Positions 9,282-19,501 are shown, counted from the first letter of the whole stretch. The stretch is 63,449 nucleotides of DNA, filler included, from Gemmatimonadota bacterium (GCA_003697105.1; 7 parts of 7 records of this genome joined end to end with filler, not necessarily neighbours in it); one strand, 5' to 3'. The notes: generated by a model not told the origin, from the sequence alone. A program made the numbers and translations.

Positions 9282-10727
9282 ATGAATCCTACATTAATCG
9301 GGTTTATCCTTTATTTGGTGTTGATGGTTGGCGTCGGGTTATGGACATATACCCGCACTAAAACGCATGAAGACTTTTTGCTAGGTGGGCGGAGACTGAA
9401 CCCGTGGGTGATTGCCTTTTCGGAGCGGGCATCCGGGGAGTCCGCTTGGTTGCTGTTGGGTTTACCGGGCGCAGCGCTGGCGGTGGGTCTGGGCGAAACA
9501 TGGACGGTGATTGGTTGTGTCGCGGGGATCATTATCTCATGGATATTCATCGCGCAGGGTCTCCGTGCCGATAGCGAAAAATACAACGTCCTCACTCTAC
9601 CGGAATATTTTGCCCAAAAATTTGGCAAAGAGAACGAGATCGCGTTGCGCGTGATCCCCACCCTGATTATCCTCTTTTTTTACACGTTTTACATTGCGGC
9701 ACAGTTTAGCGGCGCGGGTAAAGCGCTCAATGTCACATTTGGTATTCCGGTCGAAATGGGGATGGTTATTGGAGCAGTGATCATTGTGACCTACACTCTG
9801 ATGGGCGGCTTTGCCGCGGTTGCCTTCACAGATGTGGTACAAGCGGTTTTGATGCTGGGAACGGTTGTCATTTTGCCCATTATTGGATTTGTAACATTGC
9901 AGGAGGCGCACGGTTCGATAACAGAAGCGCTTTGTGCCACAAATGCAACGCTCTGTTCTTGGACGTCCGGCGTGAGTGGTTGGGCGGCGGTCGCCGTGGT
10001 CATCGGGGGGTTGAGCTGGGGTTTCGGATATATGGGACAACCTCACCTTATCATCCGTTACTTAGCCATGCGCACACCGGAAGATGCGAAATTTGCCCGC
10101 CCGATTGCCTTTGCGTGGGCGATACCGGCATTTACCGGTGCATTTCTCATCGGATTTGTGGGTGTCGGATTATATGGCACAGAACAGTTCGCTGCCGATC
10201 CTGAGCAAATCATGCCTTACATGGCAACCCATCTCCTGCCGGCATGGCTCGCCGGTATTTTCATCTCCGGTGCAATTGCGGCAATGATGTCCACAGCGGA
10301 TTCCCAAATTTTGGTGATGACCTCCGCCATTACCGAAGATATTTACAACCGTCTCTTGGGCAAAACACCTACCCAATCCCAGTTGGTGTTGATTTCCCGT
10401 ATTGCCACCTTATTAATTGGGGTGTTTGCGTTTATACTTGCCTATTTTAGTCAGGAGTTGGTTTTCCAACTGGTCAGTTATGCTTGGTCGGGGTTGGGTG
10501 CCTCGTTTGGTCCCATTATCCTCTTCTCGCTTTTTTGGAAAAAATTGACCCGCGAAGGGGTTCTGGCCGGTATGCTGGTGGGGTCGATCTCTACCGTGCT
10601 TTGGCGCAATATCGCCGATCTCCAAGCCATGGTCACCGAGCGATTTGCCAGTTTTGTGCTGGCAGTGATCGCGATATGGGTGGTTTCTCTACTGACTCAG
10701 AAAAACTCGAATAAGAGTAAGGCTTGA
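9282..10727 (+). CDS. putP: Sodium/proline symporter (SSS family)
   Basis: ESAWLLLGLPG, YTLMGGF, GYMGQPH and AAMMSTADSQ motifs; AGGAG RBS before ATG 9282. Confidence 0.85.
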   Translation: MNPTLIGFILYLVLMVGVGLWTYTRTKTHEDFLLGGRRLNPWVIAFSERASGESAWLLLGLPGAALAVGLGETWTVIGCVAGIIISWIFIAQGLRADSEKYNVLTLPEYFAQKFGKENEIALRVIPTLIILFFYTFYIAAQFSGAGKALNVTFGIPVEMGMVIGAVIIVTYTLMGGFAAVAFTDVVQAVLMLGTVVILPIIGFVTLQEAHGSITEALCATNATLCSWTSGVSGWAAVAVVIGGLSWGFGYMGQPHLIIRYLAMRTPEDAKFARPIAFAWAIPAFTGAFLIGFVGVGLYGTEQFAADPEQIMPYMATHLLPAWLAGIFISGAIAAMMSTADSQILVMTSAITEDIYNRLLGKTPTQSQLVLISRIATLLIGVFAFILAYFSQELVFQLVSYAWSGLGASFGPIILFSLFWKKLTREGVLAGMLVGSISTVLWRNIADLQAMVTERFASFVLAVIAIWVVSLLTQKNSNKSKA

Positions 10728-10827
10728 CAACCCCGCACAAAAGGTGTATTTAACTCCCGCAATTGGGTATCCCTGCCATACTGGTGGGGATTTTTTCGTG
10801 AATGGATTCAAGTTTTAGGAAGCAACC

Positions 10828-11219
10828 ATGTCTATCTTTTATCCAGAACCGCATCAAAAGGTGTTACTGCTGGAAAATATTCATCCCCGGGCGGCAACAG
10901 CGTTTGAAGCCGCCGGTTATCACGTCCAACAATTGGCACATAGCCTTTCCCCATCGGAATTGATAGATCAGGTATCCGATGTTTCGATTTTAGGGATTCG
11001 CTCGAAAACAAAAATTACGACGGATATTCTCGATCACGCGCCGCAGTTGAAGGCAATTGGTGCGTTTTGTATTGGTACGGATCAGATCGATTTAATGGCC
11101 GCGATGCAAAAGGGAGTTTGTGTCTTCAATGCCCCGTATAGTAGTACGCGCAGTGTGGTGGAATTGACCCTCGCAGAAATGATCTGTCTATTGCGGGGTG
11201 CCTTTGACCGCAGTATGAA
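10828..11219 (+). CDS. serA: D-3-phosphoglycerate dehydrogenase, truncated by contig end
   Basis: VLLLENIHP, LGIRSKT, IGAFCIGTDQIDL, VFNAPYSSTRSVVEL. Confidence 0.9.
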
Positions 11220-11319
11220 NNNNNNNNNNNNNNNNNNNNNNNNNNNNNNNNNNNNNNNNNNNNTTAATTAATTAANNNNNNNNNNNNNNNNNNNNNNNNN
11301 NNNNNNNNNNNNNNNNNNN
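11220..11319. other. Artificial contig linker
   Basis: N-run containing TTAATTAATTAA (stops in six frames); identical linkers at 20420-20519, 29281-29380, 38326-38425, 56277-56376 and 60841-60940. Confidence 0.98.
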
Positions 11320-12219
11320 ATTCGAGGTGTAGCGTCACCGGTACAAGTGGGGAATATGTGGCTTTTCTTTCTGACCGTTTATTCCAACGAGGTGGTGGGT
11401 GAGATGATTCATTTTCAAACCTACGTATACGCCTTTGATGCGGTGGTACCGGTCATTGAGACTATCGAATTTGAGGCAAATCAGGTTATTGGGTCACCCA
11501 CTGACCCCTTTGAATGGCACGCGGTCTATGTTCATTTACGTTTACCGGATCAATTTACCATTGTTGCTGAAAATGATCGAGTTCAGGAGGAATGTTTTGA
11601 GGTATGTGTGACCGATCCCTACTTCACGGTAGAAGGGTTTGAGATTCTCAATACTCCCGTGACGGTTTATTTCTTGGAAGCAGGGGGGGTTCGGATGGAT
11701 GTACCGGATTTTATTCAGGTGGATTATCCTTCCACTTTTCAGGAGTGTGCTTCCGTCTGTTTTCAGTTGAATGCGGGAGATTCACGGTTGCCGGATGACG
11801 GTGTTGTTACGCTCTCTGGAAATGTGGAATTTCGTAGCGAAAATGTTGACTCGGCGGGTGTTTCTGCGCCACTGGCGGTACATGTGCTACCGGATGTAGC
11901 CGGATCTACTTTGATTTTACTGGGCGATTTGGATGATCTAGAACTGATTGATTTGTGGCCCGTGGGTGACTTTAGCCGGGATGATTGTGTGGATGGGTTC
12001 GATTTGCTGACGATGTTGTTTGCCTACAACTCGGAGCCGGGTGATGTCAATTGGAATCCGGTATGTGATGTTGCGTTAACTGGCTATAGCAACCGATTAG
12101 GGCACGATGGGCGTATCGATTTTTATGATTTATTACGTTTTGCGGTCTATTACGGGCAGGGGGATTGTGGGCGCGCCTATTTTCCGCCAGTACCACTGGA
12201 CGGAGCCGATTCTGAATAA
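11320..12219 (+). CDS. 3' part of a surface/secreted protein with C-terminal dockerin-like double EF-hand domain
   Basis: Open from contig start; GDFSRDDCVDGFDL...NWNPVCDV...DGRIDFYDL. Confidence 0.7.
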   Translation: MRGVASPVQVGNMWLFFLTVYSNEVVGEMIHFQTYVYAFDAVVPVIETIEFEANQVIGSPTDPFEWHAVYVHLRLPDQFTIVAENDRVQEECFEVCVTDPYFTVEGFEILNTPVTVYFLEAGGVRMDVPDFIQVDYPSTFQECASVCFQLNAGDSRLPDDGVVTLSGNVEFRSENVDSAGVSAPLAVHVLPDVAGSTLILLGDLDDLELIDLWPVGDFSRDDCVDGFDLLTMLFAYNSEPGDVNWNPVCDVALTGYSNRLGHDGRIDFYDLLRFAVYYGQGDCGRAYFPPVPLDGADSE

Positions 12220-12494
12220 CACTGATTTCCATGCTGTAACCGGCATTCTGTACCCTAAAAACCGTAACGTATGAGGGTGTAAGGTGTTACTGTGGTGGGA
12301 CAAAGGGATCCTCCTTCCCCTCCGTGAGGTTCCCTTACCCACCACTCCCGTACCCCCCCTTACGGGTATTGAGTTGTAACGTTTTCCGGCGATTGAAATC
12401 GAGGTTACATATGGCGTAGCCTCTGGTTTCAAGGTGTCAAAACGCCGTGCTTGTGTTCTGAATTACTGTTCACTGCTTACGGCTTATCACCCAT

Positions 12495-14624
12495 TTACCG
12501 CTCTGTCCACGCCATGATTTCGTAATTGCGGTGGTCTTCTTCGGGCTCAATTTGCATCCGTATGACGGCTTCAATCCGGCGTACTGCCCGGCTTTTTTGT
12601 CCGGTCACTTCGGCTTCAATAATACAACGGGGCAAATCCATGTTTTTGAGGGTATATGCGAGCAAATATTGTGAGTCGAGTTTGGTGGGCACGTCGGAGG
12701 AGAGGGCACCAGAACCGGCGATCATCTCTACGTAGCCATCTCCATCTAAGTCATGAAGAGCGACTCCGCCATAAAAGGAAGGGGCGGATTCCTCCTCAAA
12801 GGCGATCCGCAAATAGGTGCCTAACATGGTGCCACTGGTATAATCAAAGTCAAGCACGACAAGATGGGATGCGGTATTAAAGAGTGTTCCGTAAACCATT
12901 TCCAATTCCGGGTCATTATCCAAATTACGGAAGTTGATAGGACCGGTAATTGATTCTCCAACGGGTTCGGTCATGCTATAGACTTCCACATAGGCACCGA
13001 CACCCGTGATCAGATTGATATTATCCACGGCAGTGGAGGTTTCCCACGGCTCCCAGTCGAGCGCATCTCCGGCAGTTCCACCGGCAAATGCGTCATCATA
13101 GCTGATGTGAAAGGCTTTGATCTCTCCATTTGCCTCCACGATGATTTCTGGAATGCTATCGGTATCCATATCGATATTGAAAACCTCAATAGGGAGGGTC
13201 ATGCACGGGTCTTGTGTGGTAGTGTTGACCGGAATCCGCACATCATTGATGGTAATCGTCATATCGTTACGCCCTTGATCATCAAGGACCACCAGATAGC
13301 CATCAGTTGATCCGAAAATGACTTCTTTATCGCCATCCAGTTCGTTGTTAGCATCAATATCAACATCGGCAACGGAGGGTTGGGGGTTGTAAAAGGCGGT
13401 TTTGGGTAGAAAGTGGTCGTCATCCGTAAAATCACCGCTGGCGTTTTTGTTTTCCATTCCTACCGGATAGCGCCACCGTTCCTGCCAAGTGTTGTCATAT
13501 TCATCAAAACAGAAGATAAAATAGCCATTACTGGCGATAATCTCATTGGCGTGATCTGCTCCGACCCGTGAGCCCCCGTTGACATCGGCAAACACCGGAC
13601 GGCTATGGGCATAACCGATATAGCTAACGCCAGAATCATCCGTAAACTTGGGGATTTGTACTTGATCGATTACCGTACCGTCATCTTCCAAAATGACAAG
13701 CTCTGCCGCCGTTGCTGTTAAAGCGATAAATGCCACTTCGCGGTTGGGTTCATCAAGGGGAACCCATTCCCGGTTGACCGGATCGTATCCCCACTCGTCA
13801 CTATCAATCTCACCGGTAGTGGGTTCGGCGTAGTAGCCGTTCAGGTTGTAATCAACGCTACCGGAACCGGCGTATGTCCAATTTTGGCTGCCATCGGGGG
13901 CAAAGCAATAGAGCGTATTGCCACCTACCACCAGCAATTCTACAGTGCCATCATTATCTAAATCTTCAACCACTATTCCGCCGTAGATTTCACCGATGGC
14001 GCTGGCAAAAACCGGTTGTGATGGGTGCGGCTCCAATTGGTAGCGCACCATTGTTTTGCCGTAATTATTTTGATATTCGGCCAACTGGTAAATGTAGCGG
14101 TAAATATTACCCTGATCGGTGGCAACTAGCACATCCATTTCACCGTCATCATCTAAATCCAATACCACGGGTTGACCCCAGATGTTATCTTCACCCATTT
14201 CTACCAGCGAAACATAAGGCGATTTATCGTCAATCGGGTTACTGGCGGGGATGTACTTAGTGGGGATGCGATAGATTGATAGCTCCACATCAAAATTTTC
14301 GGCGGAACCGGAACTATCAATGAGAGTGTAAGTGGTATCGATGCGCCCGCCGTTGATCATGACCTGTTCGTAGGTGTCCGGGTAACCATCCGGCGGGTTG
14401 TCACTATCTACGCCGTGCAAAAATTCATAAACGTAATCATCCAGAATGGTTTCGGTCTGATAAAATGCCCGCACCCCGACGGATTCAATGAAACTGCTCT
14501 CCGGCTCTATCCCGGACATGATCAAAAATGCCGTGCCGAGCAGGGACATAATGACCAGTGCCATCAAAACAATGATAAACGCGGAACCGTTTTGTTGATT
14601 TAGATGATCCATGATCCAGACCAT
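12495..14624 (-). CDS. PilX/GspK-like minor pilin fused to FG-GAP/VCBS beta-propeller repeats
   Basis: QQNG|SAFIIVLM prepilin site lacking E5; repeated DLDDDGEMD, DLDNDGTVE and DLDGDGYVE motifs. Confidence 0.8.
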   Translation of the reverse strand: MVWIMDHLNQQNGSAFIIVLMALVIMSLLGTAFLIMSGIEPESSFIESVGVRAFYQTETILDDYVYEFLHGVDSDNPPDGYPDTYEQVMINGGRIDTTYTLIDSSGSAENFDVELSIYRIPTKYIPASNPIDDKSPYVSLVEMGEDNIWGQPVVLDLDDDGEMDVLVATDQGNIYRYIYQLAEYQNNYGKTMVRYQLEPHPSQPVFASAIGEIYGGIVVEDLDNDGTVELLVVGGNTLYCFAPDGSQNWTYAGSGSVDYNLNGYYAEPTTGEIDSDEWGYDPVNREWVPLDEPNREVAFIALTATAAELVILEDDGTVIDQVQIPKFTDDSGVSYIGYAHSRPVFADVNGGSRVGADHANEIIASNGYFIFCFDEYDNTWQERWRYPVGMENKNASGDFTDDDHFLPKTAFYNPQPSVADVDIDANNELDGDKEVIFGSTDGYLVVLDDQGRNDMTITINDVRIPVNTTTQDPCMTLPIEVFNIDMDTDSIPEIIVEANGEIKAFHISYDDAFAGGTAGDALDWEPWETSTAVDNINLITGVGAYVEVYSMTEPVGESITGPINFRNLDNDPELEMVYGTLFNTASHLVVLDFDYTSGTMLGTYLRIAFEEESAPSFYGGVALHDLDGDGYVEMIAGSGALSSDVPTKLDSQYLLAYTLKNMDLPRCIIEAEVTGQKSRAVRRIEAVIRMQIEPEEDHRNYEIMAWTER

Positions 14625-14628
14625 ATGA

Positions 14629-17600
14629 TTAGGGTTGGCATGTTTTATTACCTCTGTTATTCACACAATTTCCGCTACAGCATTCGTTATTGTTTTTGCA
14701 GGGGTCTCCGTTTGCCACACAACTGGCGGCGTCATTGTCCACGATGGTAATGGTGGCGGTTGAGGGTGAACCGACGGTATAACCGGTTCCGGCGTCCAGT
14801 TGTAAAACAACGGTCTCGTCACCTTCATCATCGGCATCATCATTAACCGAAATGGTAAGGGTTGTGGTTAGGTCTCCTGCCAGAATAGTGGCGAAGCCGG
14901 TCACCGTAAAATCAGACCCTTCCGTGGCGGTTGAACTACCGCTATTGAAACTGTAACCGATTGTTAAATTTGAGGTGGGCGCGCAGGACGCGGTAATGCG
15001 CATAGACCCGTCGGTGGCAGGCTCTGCACCGTTGGTTAAAGCGGAAAGTGTCACAATAATCGCACAATCATCGCTTTCGATGGTGACCATGTCTGAACTG
15101 GCAGAGGGATTCACATTGTAATCTGGCGTATCAACCAGCGCTAAGGTGAGGGTTTCATTTGCTTCTTCATCACTGTCATCTAACGCGGAAATCACGATAA
15201 CCAGCGAATCCACGCCGGAGATGTTGTAAGTATTGGTATTGAGATGATCCAGAGTATAACCGGTACCATTGATGGTAGCACTATAATCACTAAATTGTAC
15301 CAGACCGGCCGAGGCGAGAGCATCAAAATCGACATAGCTTGGTGTGCCGTTTGTCCAGCGGATGATAAACGTCCCGGATGTTGGTCCGGCTTCGGTGGCG
15401 ATGGGATCGGTGGCTTCGATACTGACGAGCGGGTCGGTGGCGTCATTATCCACAATAGTGACGGTGGCGGAAGCCGGTGTGCCGATTTCATACCCCGTGC
15501 CGGCGGCTAACTTCAATGTTACCACTTCATTGCCTTCATCCAGTGTATCATGATTCGGGGTGATCGGGATTGTTGCGGAAGCACTCCCTGCTGGAATGGT
15601 TACGCTAGTACCAATGTTGGTATAATCGATCCCCGTGGTTGCTGTATTGCTGGCAGAATTATCAATGGTAAAATTAACCGGAAGCGGGTCGGTTGCGGTA
15701 CAAACCGTTCGGGTCACGGTAAACAGTCCGACGGTTTCATCGCCACTGGTACCGTCGGTGGGTTCGGCGGCATTTGCGGTGGCGGCGATGGTGACAACAC
15801 AGTCGTTATCACCGATGGTCAGCGTGGCGGAAGATGAACCGCCACCTAAATCATAGTCATTTCCAGAATCGATCAGGGTGAGAATCACCGTTTCATCCCC
15901 TTCGCCAAGGGCATCATCAATGACCGAAACCGGAATTGTGACGGATGAACTGCCGGAACTCATGCTCACGCTGCCGGATAGTGCCGTATAATCAGACCCA
16001 TTTGTGGCACTGCCGGAAACGGTATAAGTGACACTAATTGTATTTCGTAACAGGCAACTGCCGCTGGTGCGAACGGTGAATACGCCGTTGTCAGGTCCGG
16101 TTTCGCTGGCGTTGCCATCAGTGACTTCTACGTAGATATCGGGTCGGGGTTGGGGGCATTGTGTTCCGCCGCCGCCACTACTGCCGCCACCGCCGCTGCT
16201 ACCGCACGTGCCCGGACAACTGGGATTTTCGATCACGACGACTTCATCTACACAAATTCCGCCGGAACCACTTTGACCGGGGTCGAATCCAAAGCGCCCC
16301 CAGCCGAGGCTGGCAATCGCGTCATAATCGCTGATATTGGCGGACTTGACATTATCTTTGTGGAAAAACCAATCGCACCGGTCATCCGGTAGAGATTCGC
16401 CATTTTCGCGCCAGATATGCCCGTAAATACGGTTGGAATCTGCACAGACGGTGACCGCCATGTTGCCCCATTCCCCGGTACTAAAATAGCCGTTAGACGC
16501 ATTGCTACTCAAAGAGGCTTTGTAGTTACTGCCATTCACGCGACCTTCCAGTGCTAACCCGCTATTTCCTTGATAAGACATTCGGGCCCAGTTGTTTTCA
16601 TCCTGATACCAAAAGGTGAGCGCCGTTTGCGGGGCGGAGCCGCCATCCAACCCTTTCCATTTGAAATTCATCATAATGGTGTAATCGGTGTTGGTATTGG
16701 CATCAAAGGAGCTGGAGTCTCCCCAGACGGTCTGCAAGCCGCTACCATGATAACACCGGAAATAGGAATTTCCTTCGGCACAAATGGGTTTTCCATCCAG
16801 ACCTAAAGGATAGGTGACACCGGTAATGGGGTCGGTACAACAACTGCTGGGGTCGCAACTGGAATCATCACAATCAACGCAGTCATAGGTAATTTCCCAT
16901 TCAGCACCTTTATCATCCCAGTTGGATTCATCGACAAAATTGTCATAGGCTAAACTGGGTAGATTGTCCCACTGGCAGCCGCCCAAACAACTGGTTGTAT
17001 CGGCTTCATAGGCGGTTTCACAATCGATGTACGCTTGGCGGGAGACCATTGATGATCTGCCGGTGGTATCGACCACCCGCACCACCAGTTGGCCATCCAT
17101 AGCGGCGCAACAGAAGCCGAAATAATCATAGGGGTCAAAATCCAATTGGCTGCCGATATAGTACACTTCGGCACTATCAATCGTGCCTGTTTCGCCGCCA
17201 AAATCGTAAGACCCTTTTCCTTGTAAATCGCTGATATATGCACTCAAATCGACGGTATCTCCCGCGGCACTTACCCAATAGACTTCAATGCTGTCAATGC
17301 CGGCATCTTCATCATACAAGTTCAGGGTCATACTGTATGGGGTACCACAATAGAGTGTATCGGCGGTATTACCGAGGCTATCAAGGGGAGTAATATCGGG
17401 GACGGGGTCTCCTTCTGCCATGCCTAAAATGATCGTGGGGGCCGGGGGTTCTTCCCAGTTGAGGGTTTGGCGCAACCGGATATCGGTTGAAAGTTTCCAT
17501 GTGCGCGGGTTCTCTCCGCTATCGGTGGGGTCTTCCTTCAGTTCCAATGTCACGTGTACGCGCCGGATGTTCACCCGATCTTCCAGAGAAATGGGTAACG

Positions 17601-18102
17601 CCAGCGAATCACCGCGGATATCGTAGTAGGTAAAGGCAAGTGTTTTCACATTTTCGACCAAGGCGGTGGCATTGGGATACGTCCGGCTACCCTCCTCCGT
17701 GATGGTAAAATCTTCCCGAAACAGGGTATCATTTCGGACAAAATAGCGGATATGTTCCCCCACATCATTAAAATCGGCATCCCCGTAGCGGTAGGTGGAA
17801 TCATTCGCCACATTTTTGGAACTCAGGTCGGACATGAATTCAAGGGTATTGTAGTCGGTGGTAATGAAGGGGGTAATCAGGGTGCCCTCCGGACCCGTGC
17901 CGGCTTCGCGGAGTTCCCGAACCAGTAAATCGAGCATTGCCCGGGCATTTTGCTGGGTTTCGATCTTTAGCTGACCCCGGTTGTATGTTTCTTCGCTCGT
18001 GGTGGCGATCATTAAGATCACCCCAATCACCATGGCGATGATGGTAGCGGCAATGATGAGTTCCACAAGTGAAAATCCCCGGCGAGAGCGTGACACTGGC
18101 AT
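14629..18102 (-). CDS. Giant PilW-like minor pilin with Cys-rich region, Calx-beta repeats and cystine-knot-like C-terminus
   Basis: RRG|FSLVELII class III signal; LLVRELREAG; four Calx-beta-like repeats (ATNGSDY...IDDALGEGDETVILTL); terminal CVANGDPCKNNNECCSGNCVNNRGNKTC. Confidence 0.85.
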   Translation of the reverse strand: MPVSRSRRGFSLVELIIAATIIAMVIGVILMIATTSEETYNRGQLKIETQQNARAMLDLLVRELREAGTGPEGTLITPFITTDYNTLEFMSDLSSKNVANDSTYRYGDADFNDVGEHIRYFVRNDTLFREDFTITEEGSRTYPNATALVENVKTLAFTYYDIRGDSLALPISLEDRVNIRRVHVTLELKEDPTDSGENPRTWKLSTDIRLRQTLNWEEPPAPTIILGMAEGDPVPDITPLDSLGNTADTLYCGTPYSMTLNLYDEDAGIDSIEVYWVSAAGDTVDLSAYISDLQGKGSYDFGGETGTIDSAEVYYIGSQLDFDPYDYFGFCCAAMDGQLVVRVVDTTGRSSMVSRQAYIDCETAYEADTTSCLGGCQWDNLPSLAYDNFVDESNWDDKGAEWEITYDCVDCDDSSCDPSSCCTDPITGVTYPLGLDGKPICAEGNSYFRCYHGSGLQTVWGDSSSFDANTNTDYTIMMNFKWKGLDGGSAPQTALTFWYQDENNWARMSYQGNSGLALEGRVNGSNYKASLSSNASNGYFSTGEWGNMAVTVCADSNRIYGHIWRENGESLPDDRCDWFFHKDNVKSANISDYDAIASLGWGRFGFDPGQSGSGGICVDEVVVIENPSCPGTCGSSGGGGSSGGGGTQCPQPRPDIYVEVTDGNASETGPDNGVFTVRTSGSCLLRNTISVTYTVSGSATNGSDYTALSGSVSMSSGSSSVTIPVSVIDDALGEGDETVILTLIDSGNDYDLGGGSSSATLTIGDNDCVVTIAATANAAEPTDGTSGDETVGLFTVTRTVCTATDPLPVNFTIDNSASNTATTGIDYTNIGTSVTIPAGSASATIPITPNHDTLDEGNEVVTLKLAAGTGYEIGTPASATVTIVDNDATDPLVSIEATDPIATEAGPTSGTFIIRWTNGTPSYVDFDALASAGLVQFSDYSATINGTGYTLDHLNTNTYNISGVDSLVIVISALDDSDEEANETLTLALVDTPDYNVNPSASSDMVTIESDDCAIIVTLSALTNGAEPATDGSMRITASCAPTSNLTIGYSFNSGSSTATEGSDFTVTGFATILAGDLTTTLTISVNDDADDEGDETVVLQLDAGTGYTVGSPSTATITIVDNDAASCVANGDPCKNNNECCSGNCVNNRGNKTCQP

Positions 18103-18147
18103 GACTCATATTCCTCATAAATGATAAAATTGTGCCCGAGTGAGGGG

Positions 18148-18591
18148 TTATTGGCGTCGTTTTGTGGATTCGATCCGGTAAGTGCGGTCTCCATTCCGTC
18201 CGCGCCATTCAATCCAGACGGTTAGCCCTTTAACAATGATGGTGTTATCCTCTTCGGCGTATTTTTCATCGGTGATCGTCCAATAACGGGTGGCGTAGCG
18301 ATCTATCACGGTTTGATCATCAATGGCGACGGTATCGGAATACGTGCCGGCAGTTAAAGCCGGATCGACGTAAATAGAATCTCCTGAGGCATAAAACGGT
18401 AGGGCTTTAAGTTCTTCCATTTTATCCTGTGCGAGGATGGTGGCGCGGGTTTGCCGTTTGCCGTAATCGATCTCGGTTGTGCCGCGGATAAACATATTAA
18501 AGATCGCGATCAAGCCAAACGCGAAGATGGCGATCGCGATCACAATTTCGATCAATGAAAATCCTGCCGATTTTGCATTCATCCGTGACAT
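18148..18591 (-). CDS. PilV-like type IV minor pilin
   Basis: SAG|FSLIEIVIA; ATILAQDKMEELK. Confidence 0.85.
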   Translation of the reverse strand: MSRMNAKSAGFSLIEIVIAIAIFAFGLIAIFNMFIRGTTEIDYGKRQTRATILAQDKMEELKALPFYASGDSIYVDPALTAGTYSDTVAIDDQTVIDRYATRYWTITDEKYAEEDNTIIVKGLTVWIEWRGRNGDRTYRIESTKRRQ

Positions 18592-18594
18592 GGT

Positions 18595-19107
18595 TTAGCG
18601 CTCTTCTTTGGCAATTTTGGGAAAGCCGGCAATACTCACACTGATGTACTTTTTACGAGGGGTATTGGGCAAGCTCACTTCAATCATATTTTGAATCGAA
18701 CTCGGTTCGGCATATCCTCTATTATTGAACACGACAAATGTATCCGCATAAGAAACACGAACGGTCGGGGGTAGATAGAGCAGATATTCACCTGCACCCC
18801 GATTACCGGCATCATCATGACCGATAGCTTGGACGGGTTCCCATTCCGCATTATCGTTCAGCCGCTCCATGTAGTAGCCATTTTCATACTCGCCAAAATT
18901 AAGACGGTAAGGGCGATGTTCCCGCGTTGCCCGTTGTTTTGCCTGATGCAGATGGGTAATGATTTGCTCCGCCGCCGCATCCAGCCGCTGGGTTTGCAAT
19001 CGTTTTAAGTATGTGGGTGAACCAATGGCAATCATAATACCCAAAATCGCAATGACGACGACCAATTCGATCATGGAAAATCCGTTTTGATGTTGATCAC
19101 GTTTCAT
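18595..19107 (-). CDS. FimT/GspH-like type IV minor pilin
   Basis: QNG|FSMIELVVVIAILGI; RLDAAAEQI...AKQRA; VVFNNRG. Confidence 0.85.
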   Translation of the reverse strand: MKRDQHQNGFSMIELVVVIAILGIMIAIGSPTYLKRLQTQRLDAAAEQIITHLHQAKQRATREHRPYRLNFGEYENGYYMERLNDNAEWEPVQAIGHDDAGNRGAGEYLLYLPPTVRVSYADTFVVFNNRGYAEPSSIQNMIEVSLPNTPRKKYISVSIAGFPKIAKEER

Positions 19108-19141
19108 GAAAATCACCCTTTCTGGTATTGGACGTTTAGGG

Positions 19142-19477
19142 TTAGGCTAACGAAAGGCTCGGGAGTTTCGTTTTATCTGAAGACACGGCTAAAACATACT
19201 GAAATACGCCAGCTTCGCACTCCACTACGGAATATAACGGGGAGGTTTGCCAGCGGTGGCGGATTTCTTCATCGCGGACATCAATGAAAAATTTGGTTGT
19301 CTTGATGTTGGCTGCTGATCGGTGATGCATCACTTGCCGCTTAATACCATAAAGCCGCTTTTCTTTGATCCATCGCCGGACGGTGGGGACTGATTTTTGA
19401 CTGAATTTAGCATAGATGTCAACCGGCATAAATATCATTTTCGTGGTATGAGCGAAGATAATTTCTGTCTCCTTCAT
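19142..19477 (-). CDS. Small protein with excisionase/MerR-like HTH
   Basis: VDIYAKFSQKSVPTVRRWIKEKRL resembles HTH_17/Xis; AAAGGA RBS; fills the gap between pilin genes. Confidence 0.5.
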   Translation of the reverse strand: MKETEIIFAHTTKMIFMPVDIYAKFSQKSVPTVRRWIKEKRLYGIKRQVMHHRSAANIKTTKFFIDVRDEEIRHRWQTSPLYSVVECEAGVFQYVLAVSSDKTKLPSLSLA

Positions 19478-19501
19478 GGGTATAATCCTTTTACGTGGGG
19501 T

